Sequence record: MH383160
Source: Escherichia phage UB
Strand: one strand, 5' to 3'
Length of the DNA stretch: 64,000 nt
In this document: positions 47,228 to 56,683 of the stretch, one piece after another
How the letters are laid out: every line of letters begins with the position of its first letter
How positions within the stretch are numbered: position 1 is the stretch's first letter
Program-made: the position numbers and the translations under genes
The notes under the pieces: generated by a model
The model's input: only the letters and a program-made list of their open reading frames with translations
Database searches by the model: none
What the model was told of the DNA's origin: nothing

Positions 47228-47422
47228 CTAATCCTCGCTGAAGACAACAATAAGGAATGACACGAACAATGCCGCATAACAAGGAGCTATCTTCATGTAC
47301 CACGGGACTTCATAATACCATGTACCCAATTCATCCCACGAAAAGAGTATACTCAAACCGAAGCCGATTAGCGATAGTACAATAAAAGAAATCCAGAAAC
47401 GCTTTGAATATACTAATAACAT
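47228..47422 (-). CDS. small membrane protein (64 aa)
   Basis: Two hydrophobic segments. Confidence 0.45.
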   Translation of the reverse strand: MLLVYSKRFWISFIVLSLIGFGLSILFSWDELGTWYYEVPWYMKIAPCYAALFVSFLIVVFSED

Positions 47423-47460
47423 GTTATGTTCCTTTGTGTAACCGAAGTCAACCCTTTCCT

Positions 47461-47976
47461 TTAATAATTATTCATTTCATCTTTGATTTGTTCTTCAATT
47501 TCGTCGAACATATCAGTACTAGATTCGTTCTTACTACTTACGTTCTGCATATCTTTAACGTACTGTGGACATTCAACATCAGTAAACTTATACCACGTAG
47601 GCTTCATCTGGAGCTTCTCAATCAAACGATCACGAGACATTTTAATCTCTGACTCCGTTGGTACGTAGTCATTACAAAACTCAGCAGGGAAGCCGCTAAT
47701 GTCGTTTACTTCAGTGTTTTGAATCTTCATACCACGACGCAGACATTCGTTGACAATATCAATATGACGCTTCTGTAAGTACAATAACTTGTTGTAGAAG
47801 AATGTTACATGACCTGAACCCAACAGGTAAGTACTGTTAATTTTGAAATCACGAACTCGCTTACGTGCTTGAACGTGTTTTTGTACAGCACCAAATACAC
47901 GTGGGAGTTCACGATATTCAGCCATCAGATGTTGGTCAGCAAGTTCTTTAACGTGTACTAAGTTAATGCGTGTCAT
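47461..47976 (-). CDS. denV: Endonuclease V (pyrimidine-dimer DNA glycosylase), T4 DenV homolog with a C-terminal extension (171 aa)
   Basis: N-terminal about 135 aa closely match recalled T4 DenV ([47 protein letters not shown]). Confidence 0.9.
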   Translation of the reverse strand: MTRINLVHVKELADQHLMAEYRELPRVFGAVQKHVQARKRVRDFKINSTYLLGSGHVTFFYNKLLYLQKRHIDIVNECLRRGMKIQNTEVNDISGFPAEFCNDYVPTESEIKMSRDRLIEKLQMKPTWYKFTDVECPQYVKDMQNVSSKNESSTDMFDEIEEQIKDEMNNY

Positions 47977-48011
47977 GTATTCATCCTCTCGTTTCGATGA
48001 AATGATTATAG

Positions 48012-48037
48012 CAAAAAGGGCTGACCGTAGTCAACCC
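48012..48037 (-). terminator. Hairpin terminator/promoter cassette
   Basis: GGGCTGACCGTAGTCAACCC; the stop codon of 48031..48444 lies within the hairpin. Confidence 0.5.
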
Positions 48038-48444
48038 TTTTTTCTTTCAATTAAACATAATCTACCAGCATGTACCATGCGATGGTGATTAGAACAAAGA
48101 ATTACACACTTTCGAATTTCATCTTTGATAGATTCTCGACTTTTACTGAACATAGAACTTGGTGTATGTTCTTTGGTATTAGGTTCAAGATGATGAAAGT
48201 CTAAACATTCTGGATACTTCATCATGCAAATACTACAACCATAAAATGATTTAACTCTGGTCATGAAATCTTTATTTTTTCTTTTGATTTCTTCAAGTTT
48301 TTTTACATCAGTTTTTTTATTTCTGGTTTTCTTACTGGTAATATTACTACAACATTTGCATGTATTTCTTTGTTTCCCAGTATCACTTCTTATACCAAAT
48401 TCACTAATGTCTTTTTCAATATTACACGTGATACACTTCTTCAT
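48031..48444 (-). CDS. HNH-family endonuclease (137 aa)
   Basis: N-terminal CITCN..C..CC zinc ribbon; DFHHLEP....N..ILCSNHHRMVH matches the HNH motif. Confidence 0.65.
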   Translation of the reverse strand: MKKCITCNIEKDISEFGIRSDTGKQRNTCKCCSNITSKKTRNKKTDVKKLEEIKRKNKDFMTRVKSFYGCSICMMKYPECLDFHHLEPNTKEHTPSSMFSKSRESIKDEIRKCVILCSNHHRMVHAGRLCLIERKKG

Positions 48445-48746
48445 GGTTTAACCCATTTATTCAACAATTCACCCAACTTCACAATCTCATACCCATCCAG
48501 ATAGCCATAGGAACACTCAGGTGTTTCATAAGTTGAACCATCATGGATACCTTGACATTGGCTTTTGGAACGTTCAAGCAATCGTTGCAGTACTGATACG
48601 TCATCAAGAACGTAATACAAGTTAGCATATGGGTCCGTCACAATACAGTACTTAAACATGCCAAATGTATCAATCGATTTTTCAACCTTAGCAAATTGTT
48701 TCTTTTCTTTATTATACAATGCGTACATATTAATCTCCATAATCAA
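48441..48746 (-). CDS. hypothetical protein (101 aa)
   Basis: ORF; overlapping stop/start with neighbours. Confidence 0.5.
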   Translation of the reverse strand: MIMEINMYALYNKEKKQFAKVEKSIDTFGMFKYCIVTDPYANLYYVLDDVSVLQRLLERSKSQCQGIHDGSTYETPECSYGYLDGYEIVKLGELLNKWVKP

Positions 48747-49101
48747 GTTTAACTAACTTACCATCCAGATACCCAAAGTTTTCTGGCTTCGCATCTGAAT
48801 AGAAGAAGTCAGTACTTAACTCTGAATTCAATGCTAAAGCACACAACTCCACCCAAAATAAACCCCTATGTTGCACTGGCTTACAACGTTTCTGTACAGT
48901 TACTAGTCCAGTACATGATGACCACAATGTAGGACAGATACTACTATCACTACGATTAGAGTACTGCATCCACGAACGTTCATTGAGGTTAGCTATCATT
49001 CCCGTTAAGAATAACTTCCAGCTTTTGAAGGTTGGAATCTTGATAGCGTATTCCCCAATGAGGATAACAGTTCGGGTTGCACCTTTCAAATCTATATTCA
49101 T
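48730..49101 (-). CDS. hypothetical protein (123 aa)
   Basis: ORF. Confidence 0.5.
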   Translation of the reverse strand: MNIDLKGATRTVILIGEYAIKIPTFKSWKLFLTGMIANLNERSWMQYSNRSDSSICPTLWSSCTGLVTVQKRCKPVQHRGLFWVELCALALNSELSTDFFYSDAKPENFGYLDGKLVKLDYGD

Positions 49102-49293
49102 AATATTAGTACGAATCAGATTCCCAGTACTCGATTGCTTCTTTCAGCAATTCTTTAGCACGTTGTTTTGCAATGCGAGCGGGTAACAGATATGTGTACA
49201 TTAACTGACGCTTCACTTCATTCAGTGAAAGCTGTTCATGGTACAGTGCATCCATCAGTCGATTACGAGTACGTAGTTTCATATAAGTTATCC

Positions 49294-49848
49294 TTATTTC
49301 AAAGAATCATAGTAAGCAGTGTCAAAGATTGGAGTCATAATAACATAGTCAATACGGTCAATGTAAGTTGAACTCCACATTTCTGGTTTGTCATATAACT
49401 GACGCTCGCGTTCATTCATACGAGTCAGTACTTCTTCCAATTTACTACGTGAATCCATCAATGTATTACTCGAACCATAAGTGAAGTACTCAGTCCAATG
49501 ATATTCATATTCAGTACTGATAGATTGAATAGTACCATCTTTGAAATGAGCTAAGGCATAACCTTTCTCTACAAAGTTATCAGGTGGAAGAACACCATCT
49601 GGATTAGTTTTCAATGCTTGTGCTAACTTTTCTTTAATTTCAGTTAACGTGCATACTGAACGAATGTTCTTCAGGTTTGATACTTGAAAATCACTGTACT
49701 TTCCAAAGAAAAAGACACGCCAATCTTTAGGTTCATTATCAGATACGGTAGCATCAGGGTGATGGGCGAGTAAACGAAGAAGGCCAGCTTTGTGACCGTT
49801 AATGTAGATTTCATGGATGTGGTTAGCAGTTTTCTTAAAAGTAATCAT
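49294..49848 (-). CDS. hypothetical protein (184 aa)
   Basis: ORF; hairpin GGGGATGAACTTCTCATCCC just upstream. Confidence 0.55.
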   Translation of the reverse strand: MITFKKTANHIHEIYINGHKAGLLRLLAHHPDATVSDNEPKDWRVFFFGKYSDFQVSNLKNIRSVCTLTEIKEKLAQALKTNPDGVLPPDNFVEKGYALAHFKDGTIQSISTEYEYHWTEYFTYGSSNTLMDSRSKLEEVLTRMNERERQLYDKPEMWSSTYIDRIDYVIMTPIFDTAYYDSLK

Positions 49849-49924
49849 GGTAGATCCTCGATTGTAGGGATGAGAAGTTCATCCCCTTGATAAGCATTAT
49901 ACAGTACTGAATGTGTTTGTCAAC

Positions 49925-50305
49925 TCAAAATAAATTCATTTCATGTGCGTATTGTGGTTCAAGATAAGATAAGTTTTTGAAACTGTCTTTCAATTCTGCA
50001 TCATCTACGTACACAGTACCAGGTACATTCCCCATAGTGAAGCCAACCCAAACAGTCATGTTTCCAGTTCCTAAGCGGGGCATTGATAGCGTCCCGTCAG
50101 GTGAAACATCAAACGCTACACTAAAGTCATCCGTTACAACTTCCGAACCATTTTCCAGAATAATACAACCACGTTCTTTAAGCTTCTGAATGTGGATAGC
50201 AGCCTCTACAGCACGTTTAAAGTTATAATAAGACTCTTTATCCTCGAACATTGATTGTTTAACCAGACGCTTGTTTAGCTCGGTTACTTTGTGCATTTGA
50301 CGCAT
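49925..50305 (-). CDS. hypothetical protein (about 126 aa)
   Basis: ORF; start assumed at MRQMHKV adjacent to the upstream stop. Confidence 0.5.
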   Translation of the reverse strand: MRQMHKVTELNKRLVKQSMFEDKESYYNFKRAVEAAIHIQKLKERGCIILENGSEVVTDDFSVAFDVSPDGTLSMPRLGTGNMTVWVGFTMGNVPGTVYVDDAELKDSFKNLSYLEPQYAHEMNLF

Positions 50306-50559
50306 TACTTCAACTCCCACAGTTGTAGAATTTCATAAGAGCCTGGTGGTGCTGGATTGATAATCTCAGGGTATTCAGTACTGTTAGGATTACCACCAGC
50401 ATTGAACTCAGCAAGTAATAATTCGAGTTCATTCCTATCATGAACAACAAACACGCAATATCCAGTTCCTTCTTCAAGAACTGTAGTTGATCCCGCACAA
50501 TCCCATACGGTATCAATACATAATAATTCTTTAGTGTTTTTATTACGCAACGCAAACAT
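50305..50559 (-). CDS. hypothetical protein (84 aa)
   Basis: ORF. Confidence 0.5.
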   Translation of the reverse strand: MFALRNKNTKELLCIDTVWDCAGSTTVLEEGTGYCVFVVHDRNELELLLAEFNAGGNPNSTEYPEIINPAPPGSYEILQLWELK

Positions 50560-50568
50560 ATATGTCTC

Positions 50569-50937
50569 CTATCGATTCGGCATATTCTTTCGTAGTCGCA
50601 AGAGAAATTCAACCACTGACCATGTTGTAATGAAGGCAATATAAGTTGCAAGGAATCCAGTAAGAATGAATGCAACCAGCGTACTACCATTTGGGGAATC
50701 AGTTTTAATGCCGATGACACCATCGGCTACAGTGAAACATGTAGCCATTAATGTGTAACCTACGTACAACACAAAGAAAAACTCATTCTCCATTGAAGGA
50801 TAGAAACGGTTAAACACTTTATAAAATTTAAAGTACAGTAGGATTATACCAACAAAGGCATAGAATGTAAACAGTGTTGTTATAATATATGAGATTAGGT
50901 TCAAATTATACATATCAACGCTCCGGTAGATTATCAC
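50569..50937 (-). CDS. small membrane protein (122 aa), same family as 40907..43687
   Basis: Hydrophobic segments plus C-terminal LRLRKNMPNR tail. Confidence 0.55.
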   Translation of the reverse strand: MIIYRSVDMYNLNLISYIITTLFTFYAFVGIILLYFKFYKVFNRFYPSMENEFFFVLYVGYTLMATCFTVADGVIGIKTDSPNGSTLVAFILTGFLATYIAFITTWSVVEFLLRLRKNMPNR

Positions 50938-51262
50938 GTAATGTTTTAATTCGATGATACATTTTCATACCAATATTACCAAAGATACCATATCCAAGTA
51001 CTAAAATGTATGCAATAAGCATAGTAATAATTACTATAGTGCCAAAACTATAATGTACACTACTGATACCCATTGTAGTTTCAACGATTATTTGAGAAAC
51101 TGAAAGAATCAAAAGTACAACTACAATTGGATGATTTGGGTACATTCGGTTGAACAACGTTTTGTACTTAAAGAAGCACAGTACTCCACCGAATAAGAAG
51201 TAAACAATGTAAATGCAAGCAACAGCATAGGCAAACATGTTAGTGTAATAAATCATTACCAA
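50915..51262 (-). CDS. small membrane protein (about 110 aa)
   Basis: Hydrophobic; C-terminal IKTLRDNLPER. Confidence 0.55.
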   Translation of the reverse strand: MVMIYYTNMFAYAVACIYIVYFLFGGVLCFFKYKTLFNRMYPNHPIVVVLLILSVSQIIVETTMGISSVHYSFGTIVIITMLIAYILVLGYGIFGNIGMKMYHRIKTLRDNLPER

Positions 51263-51265
51263 TCC

Positions 51266-51604
51266 TTACTTTTCAGGGATATTAGAACGCCATATATCAA
51301 TGCGATGAACTAGTCCAAAGAACAACCATACTGGAACGGCAGCTATCATAACAACAAATGAAAACCCAGTCAAGACCGATACCAGATTTAATTCATCAGT
51401 ACTATACCCACATATCAGTACTTCTAATATTCCCCACGTACATGCACAAAACATCAAGAATGAAATTGGGGCATCATAGTAGATACGTTCATATAAAGTA
51501 GTGTATCGGAAGAATGCAATAATGTAGCAAAACATATAATACACCCAAACCAAAGATACTACATAAAATGATACTTTGTTTATTAATTCAAAATATTGTT
51601 CCAT
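51266..51604 (-). CDS. small membrane protein (112 aa)
   Basis: Hydrophobic; C-terminal IDIWRSNIPEK. Confidence 0.55.
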   Translation of the reverse strand: MEQYFELINKVSFYVVSLVWVYYMFCYIIAFFRYTTLYERIYYDAPISFLMFCACTWGILEVLICGYSTDELNLVSVLTGFSFVVMIAAVPVWLFFGLVHRIDIWRSNIPEK

Positions 51605-51606
51605 TT

Positions 51607-51888
51607 TTACCCCAATATATATTCAGAGAGTAATGTATTAGCTTCATCTTTGTTCTTAAGGTAATACATGTAATATAGATTCGGTTCACCATCTTTAGCA
51701 CTCAAATCGAAGTACTTTAAACTATGTACTTTCATAGTAAAAACAAATAATGACTTAAAACCAATTTCACCGTACTTAATAAACAGTTCATCCAAATGAA
51801 TGTAACTTTTTGATTTGGATAATTCTTTAACGTCTGCATCAATTTCAGATAAAAGATGCTTACCTATTAAGTTTTCAAATGAACGCAT
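51607..51888 (-). CDS. hypothetical protein (93 aa)
   Basis: ORF. Confidence 0.5.
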   Translation of the reverse strand: MRSFENLIGKHLLSEIDADVKELSKSKSYIHLDELFIKYGEIGFKSLFVFTMKVHSLKYFDLSAKDGEPNLYYMYYLKNKDEANTLLSEYILG

Positions 51889-51949
51889 GATTTTATCCTT
51901 TACCGCAATTTTTATGGTTTATTAAGAATACACCAGAACATCAGTTCTG

Positions 51950-52591
51950 TCAATAAAAAACTGGATCTTCTTCAGTAATTGGTATTTCTCTACGCACATC
52001 ACACGAAAGAGGATCAGTAATGAATACATTCCCATCTTTATCCATCATCACATTACTTGAATGAATGTCTGGTACAAAACGCCCGTGAAACTCTTTCATG
52101 ATGTTAGCAGCGACCGTTGCAATAGCAATCTCTTCAGAATTTCCACGCATATCATTCACTGAAGTAGCGTACTGACCAGCATGTGCATAAGAATATAAAT
52201 CTCCAATTTTAGTACTAACAAAGTCATCATAATTATTTTTTTGTTTAATTATAGGATAGTACTTGTCCATCTCATACCATCCAAAGTTTCCTTGTTCGTT
52301 TGCACTGTAAATCACTGGAAGAAACTTGGTTCCTGCGTTTTCAATGCAGTACTTTGCATAAGCACGAAAACCATCCCAGCGTGAAGTGGTTACTTTAAAT
52401 GCACGTCCAGGATAGTTTTTATGTTCAACTACTACAGAGTACATCCCCATTCCAAGCAAAGTAAGTCCAGCAGCTTTAACTTGTGGAAAGATTACGCGTT
52501 CAGCATAAGGAATATCAAACTCCATCGCACAACGAGTTTTTGATGGACGCAAAATGTCAATTAAAGTTTTGAATATTTCTTGCTTAGTCAT
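51950..52591 (-). CDS. putative kinase-like protein (213 aa)
   Basis: Start at MTKQEIF; GMGMYSVV...AFKV resembles a nucleotide-binding loop plus Lys; DIHSSNVMMDKDGNVFITDP resembles a kinase catalytic loop. Confidence 0.45.
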   Translation of the reverse strand: MTKQEIFKTLIDILRPSKTRCAMEFDIPYAERVIFPQVKAAGLTLLGMGMYSVVVEHKNYPGRAFKVTTSRWDGFRAYAKYCIENAGTKFLPVIYSANEQGNFGWYEMDKYYPIIKQKNNYDDFVSTKIGDLYSYAHAGQYATSVNDMRGNSEEIAIATVAANIMKEFHGRFVPDIHSSNVMMDKDGNVFITDPLSCDVRREIPITEEDPVFY

Positions 52592-52625
52592 TACTTTATC
52601 CTCTGTAGTTAATATCAACATCATA

Positions 52626-52653
52626 ACAAAAAAGGCTGACCGAAGTCAACCCT
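52626..52653 (-). terminator. Hairpin terminator/promoter cassette
   Basis: AAAAAAGGCTGACCGAAGTCAACCC between 52661..53080 and 51950..52591. Confidence 0.55.
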
Positions 52654-52660
52654 TTTATTA

Positions 52661-53080
52661 TCATTTACAGTTTTCTATAACTATTGCACGTTTTAGTATT
52701 TTACTTTCATAAACATACTTAAGATGACCTTCTTCACGAATACGATTGAACACATATCCTAGTTTATCTTTTAGTACTGAAGCGGTATCAATGTCAAGAT
52801 TAACTTCAACCCCTCCTGTTAATTTAACTTTATATGTAAAGCTAAAAGCATCACCAGATTCAACCAATGGGACTACTTGTTCATACGTATTCAACATAAC
52901 TCGTTCATCATTAACTAAATTATATATTACTATATCACAAGTTTTTACCCCAATTTCCTCTAATGTAGGAGCATTATCTACTATAACATCTTTTACTGTA
53001 TTTGCAACCTGTTTAGCATCTGCTGCATATACATTAAAACTAAAAAGTACTAAAATAATACTTAAAAAAATCTTTTTCAT
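52661..53080 (-). CDS. putative secreted protein with signal peptide (139 aa)
   Basis: MKKIFLSIILVLFSFNVYAADA. Confidence 0.55.
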   Translation of the reverse strand: MKKIFLSIILVLFSFNVYAADAKQVANTVKDVIVDNAPTLEEIGVKTCDIVIYNLVNDERVMLNTYEQVVPLVESGDAFSFTYKVKLTGGVEVNLDIDTASVLKDKLGYVFNRIREEGHLKYVYESKILKRAIVIENCK

Positions 53081-53089
53081 TATATATCC

Positions 53090-53413
53090 TTATTTTATTT
53101 TACATGTCATATCGGGTTGTGCTTGTTTATTATTTTTAAACGGATTAGGTTTTTTATCTTTCTTTTTATCTTTTAAAGGTTTTTTGTCTTCTTTTTTATC
53201 TTTATCTTTGTCTTTTTTATTTTTATCAGGTTCAGAGGGAGTATTACATTGTGCTGGGGGTTGATTAGTTGGAGTACAGCTATTGTCTGATGGGAGTATT
53301 ACTTCTTTACAATTGTAAAATAGTAAACTTTTATTTGTGGTTAAATTATGAAAACGATAGTTACGTTCATTATTATAATAAATTGTTTTAGTACTTTCAA
53401 TGTCATTGCACAT
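53090..53413 (-). CDS. hypothetical Lys-rich protein (107 aa)
   Basis: ORF; C-terminal KDKDKDKK low-complexity region. Confidence 0.45.
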   Translation of the reverse strand: MCNDIESTKTIYYNNERNYRFHNLTTNKSLLFYNCKEVILPSDNSCTPTNQPPAQCNTPSEPDKNKKDKDKDKKEDKKPLKDKKKDKKPNPFKNNKQAQPDMTCKIK

Positions 53414-53423
53414 TGCTACTGAA

Positions 53424-53675
53424 TCACCGGAACTCTTTTTCTATTCCCATTACATCAGTCTTACGCTCAGATAGTATACCTGAAGTATATGAATCTTTGT
53501 TGTCAAACGCATTAAATCCAATAGTTCTGTCGGTGTCGTGTATTATTCCTTTTGTATATGAGGTAGTATAGAACTCCCCATTTCTGAAATCCTGCCTTGC
53601 TACGGAGCAATGATAATCTGCACCATAAGCAGTACTGGAAAATAATACAATTCCAAATATAATATATTTTTTCAT
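53424..53675 (-). CDS. putative secreted protein with signal peptide (about 83 aa)
   Basis: Start moved to MKKYIIFGIVLFSSTAYGADY. Confidence 0.5.
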   Translation of the reverse strand: MKKYIIFGIVLFSSTAYGADYHCSVARQDFRNGEFYTTSYTKGIIHDTDRTIGFNAFDNKDSYTSGILSERKTDVMGIEKEFR

Positions 53676-53711
53676 TGTAATCCCTCTTCTTAATTCCTCT
53701 TTTGTATTTAC

Positions 53712-53737
53712 AAAAAAAGGCTGACCGAAGTCAACCT
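53712..53737 (-). terminator. Hairpin terminator/promoter cassette
   Basis: AAAAAAAGGCTGACCGAAGTCAACC between 53747..55294 and 53424..53675. Confidence 0.55.
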
Positions 53738-53746
53738 TTTGTTTTA

Positions 53747-55294
53747 TCATTTACCGTATTTGCTCATGATGTCCTTTTCCCAAGGAGTTACATTTCCATT
53801 TTCGTAATCACGGAAAGAGTCATCAAGTGTAGTCAATGCATAATCATATGCCTCACCGGATTCAACATCAATATCAACAGCACCATTCACTACATCAGTC
53901 CACGCTTTTTGTAGTTTACGAGCGTTGTTACCAACTTTATCTTTAATCCAACTAAGATTTCGGTTTATACTCTTCTTATCAGCACCAGCTTTTTCACCAA
54001 CATCTGCAACCCATTGCATTAATTTCTGTAGTTCGTTATGGGATTTTTCAGTCATTTGGCGGTCTTGTGACAGTTCAGCTTCCATGTCATCAATTTCTTC
54101 GTCTGAATGAACATCTTTCTGTTCAACTGCACCTTCTTCATCTGCACGCTTTAGATAACCATCTGGTGTTACCTTCTCACCATGTTCAGCTTCATACTTT
54201 TTCATAGTGTTGAATGCAGCATCCATAGCTGTTACGAAGCGGCTTTTCTCACCTTGTACATAAGATTTAAGTACGCTGTTAACAGCGTCAGATACGAGCT
54301 TAACCTTATCGTCTTTACCTTCTAAACGGTTTTCAAGTTTAGCTAGTACATTCTTGACTTGCTGTGCATTAGCACGGTCTGCTTTACCAATACTATCAAA
54401 AGTTTTAAGAATACTTTCCAGATTAACATCATCGTGTGAGTGTTCATCAAACTCAATATCATTATTTTCGTCTTCATCCTTGAGCGTTAATCCCATTGAT
54501 GTGAGGTCATCAGCAGCACTTGACATTGACATACGAACTGCACGAGAATCATTTACATCATCTACATTTTCAATTGCCATATCAATAATGTACAGTGCTT
54601 TCTCTAAGTCTGTATATTGTTTAGCTTGATTGATAATATCGTTCACAAACTTAGCACCTAAGTAATCATTTACTTCACGGAATTCGTCTTCAGACATTCT
54701 TCCACTAGGTTTGCTTGGTTGTTGATCGGTCTTTTGTGGTAAGGATTTCTGTTTACCTTCAAGTGCACGCATGATAGTACTGAATACTTCAGTAGGTTCA
54801 GTACTGGTATTTCCACTCATTGCATCAAGTACAGCTTGTGCTTTGACTTTTAATTCTTCTTTAGGTACAGATTGCAATTCTTTCACAATACCTTGGATAA
54901 GTTGTGGTTTATTAGCAAAAATCTTACCTAACTTATCAGACAGTTCTTTGACAGGGTTAACCGCCTTTGGTGCTTCTTGTTTTGGTTCTTCTTTCGCAGG
55001 AGCAGACTTTTCTTTTTCTTCACGTTCCATATCAGCTAGGCGTTGTTTTTGTGTAGCATTAAGAAGTCCCAATGAATTAACATAACGTAGCTTTTCTAGC
55101 TCAGTCATATTGGAAGTATCAGTGCCTTGTGTTGCTACTGTGTTTGCTTTACCAGCTTCACCAGTCCCCATGTTTCTAGAACCTTTAGAACCTTGACCTG
55201 CCATATGTGAATTAGGTCTGCGATTTTTTTCTGACCACTTCTCGCTGTGTCCAGAAATGGTAGCACCATTTTTTGATTTGAAATTATCTGGCAT
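53747..55294 (-). CDS. large hydrophilic acidic protein (515 aa), function unknown
   Basis: GGAGA SD; Gly/Ser-rich N-terminus; LEKLRYVNSLGLL module shared with 56185..56568. Confidence 0.6.
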   Translation of the reverse strand: MPDNFKSKNGATISGHSEKWSEKNRRPNSHMAGQGSKGSRNMGTGEAGKANTVATQGTDTSNMTELEKLRYVNSLGLLNATQKQRLADMEREEKEKSAPAKEEPKQEAPKAVNPVKELSDKLGKIFANKPQLIQGIVKELQSVPKEELKVKAQAVLDAMSGNTSTEPTEVFSTIMRALEGKQKSLPQKTDQQPSKPSGRMSEDEFREVNDYLGAKFVNDIINQAKQYTDLEKALYIIDMAIENVDDVNDSRAVRMSMSSAADDLTSMGLTLKDEDENNDIEFDEHSHDDVNLESILKTFDSIGKADRANAQQVKNVLAKLENRLEGKDDKVKLVSDAVNSVLKSYVQGEKSRFVTAMDAAFNTMKKYEAEHGEKVTPDGYLKRADEEGAVEQKDVHSDEEIDDMEAELSQDRQMTEKSHNELQKLMQWVADVGEKAGADKKSINRNLSWIKDKVGNNARKLQKAWTDVVNGAVDIDVESGEAYDYALTTLDDSFRDYENGNVTPWEKDIMSKYGK

Positions 55295-55333
55295 ATCTAT
55301 TTCTCCATAAAATAATAATACCTATGATTTTAT

Positions 55334-56107
55334 TTATATATTACCATAGATATCCATCCTAGTCAATCTATATTTGTCATTATCAATGATAGTTAATAAT
55401 CTATCTATATCTTTTACGTCTATTGTTTCTGTATAACCACATTTAAACACTGATTTGTTCAAAAACTTACATTTTATTTCTTTTTTAATTATTTTTTCTA
55501 ATTCATTAATTAAATTTCCGTCATTGGAAAAATAACAAATATAAGGAACTGATCGATATTTGTTGGCATTATATTTTCTAAATCTATTTTTACAATTTCC
55601 TGTAATGCCAAATTTATATGATACTAAATTACCAATAGTATCATAAATTTCATTTATATATAAAAATCCAGGTTTGTTGATATCATAACCAGTCTTACTA
55701 CATGATGGACAATTTGTATTAGTATTAATAAAATGATTATAAGAACATTTCCAAGAAGGATGATCAATTATATCACAGTTCAATTCAAGAATAGTGTTTA
55801 TAGAGCCATTAAAAATATATTCTTTACAAGTATATTTTTTCTCTTTACATTTTTGTATAACTCTATCACGGGCAGTTTGTTCTTTGAGAATGTTTCTCCC
55901 ATTACATTCAGGACACCCAGTTCCTTTGTAAATAAACTTTTTAAAAGAACAATTCCATCGTTCGTGTTCTGGATTGGGGCATTTTAAAATTAGTCTTGTG
56001 TTCGTGTTTATATAAACAAATTCTTCACATTTGTAGTTTTTGTCATTGCATATTTTATATACTTTTTCTTCAGCTTCTTTTTGTGTCAATTTAATACCAC
56101 TAGCCAT
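55334..56107 (-). CDS. Cys-rich protein with possible GIY-YIG-like segment (257 aa)
   Basis: Two CP..E..W.CS...F......CP.C modules; C-terminal GFLYINEIYDTIGNLVSYKFGITG..R loosely resembles GIY..YIG..R. Confidence 0.5.
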   Translation of the reverse strand: MASGIKLTQKEAEEKVYKICNDKNYKCEEFVYINTNTRLILKCPNPEHERWNCSFKKFIYKGTGCPECNGRNILKEQTARDRVIQKCKEKKYTCKEYIFNGSINTILELNCDIIDHPSWKCSYNHFINTNTNCPSCSKTGYDINKPGFLYINEIYDTIGNLVSYKFGITGNCKNRFRKYNANKYRSVPYICYFSNDGNLINELEKIIKKEIKCKFLNKSVFKCGYTETIDVKDIDRLLTIIDNDKYRLTRMDIYGNI

Positions 56108-56152
56108 GAAATATCATCCTTGAATCTTTGTTATTTCATATATTTACTATAT

Positions 56153-56180
56153 AAAAAAAGGTTGACCTTAGTCAACCCTT
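56153..56180 (-). terminator. Hairpin terminator/promoter cassette
   Basis: AAAAAAAGGTTGACcttaGTCAACCC, perfect 7-bp arms. Confidence 0.55.
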
Positions 56181-56184
56181 TTTA

Positions 56185-56568
56185 TTACTTCTTGAACTTA
56201 TGTTTTTCACTTTCGATTGCATTCACGATTTCATCATGAATTTTACGAAGATTGTGAGTTTTCTTTAGAGATTCATGTAATGCACGGAATGCAGAGTGTA
56301 CAGTTGCTTTAAAGTGCTCTTTAGGAGTTACTTTAAGTTTCTCGATAATATCACGTACATAAATTGGGTGATCTTCAAACACACGATTTAGCTCATGGCC
56401 TAGTGATTCTAGACTGAATGCTTTTTCACGTGAAGGGCGATCATGTGCAAGACTTTGGTCCGGTTTTAGAAGACCTAGTGAATCTAGATACTTGTGCTTA
56501 TGTGCATTGTCTAGACCAGAAATATCAACATCATGTGATGGATCTTTCTTATTCCATTTATCAACCAT
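56185..56568 (-). CDS. hypothetical protein (127 aa)
   Basis: ORF; KYLDSLGLL module shared with 53747..55294. Confidence 0.5.
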   Translation of the reverse strand: MVDKWNKKDPSHDVDISGLDNAHKHKYLDSLGLLKPDQSLAHDRPSREKAFSLESLGHELNRVFEDHPIYVRDIIEKLKVTPKEHFKATVHSAFRALHESLKKTHNLRKIHDEIVNAIESEKHKFKK

Positions 56569-56683
56569 TTTTATAACTCCTATAAGAGATAAATTTTACT
56601 ATAATATTTATAGTTCCGTTGTCATTTATATCGAATGACATAAAACATTATATCATAATAAGAATGGTTGTCCCAAAGTTAAA

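Noticed and set aside
52746-55085. Plus-strand ORFs 52746..53264, 53925..54110, 54354..54629, 54771..55085
   Set aside because: They are antisense to the 515-aa and signal-peptide genes and are Ser/Leu-rich mirror frames with no start signals.
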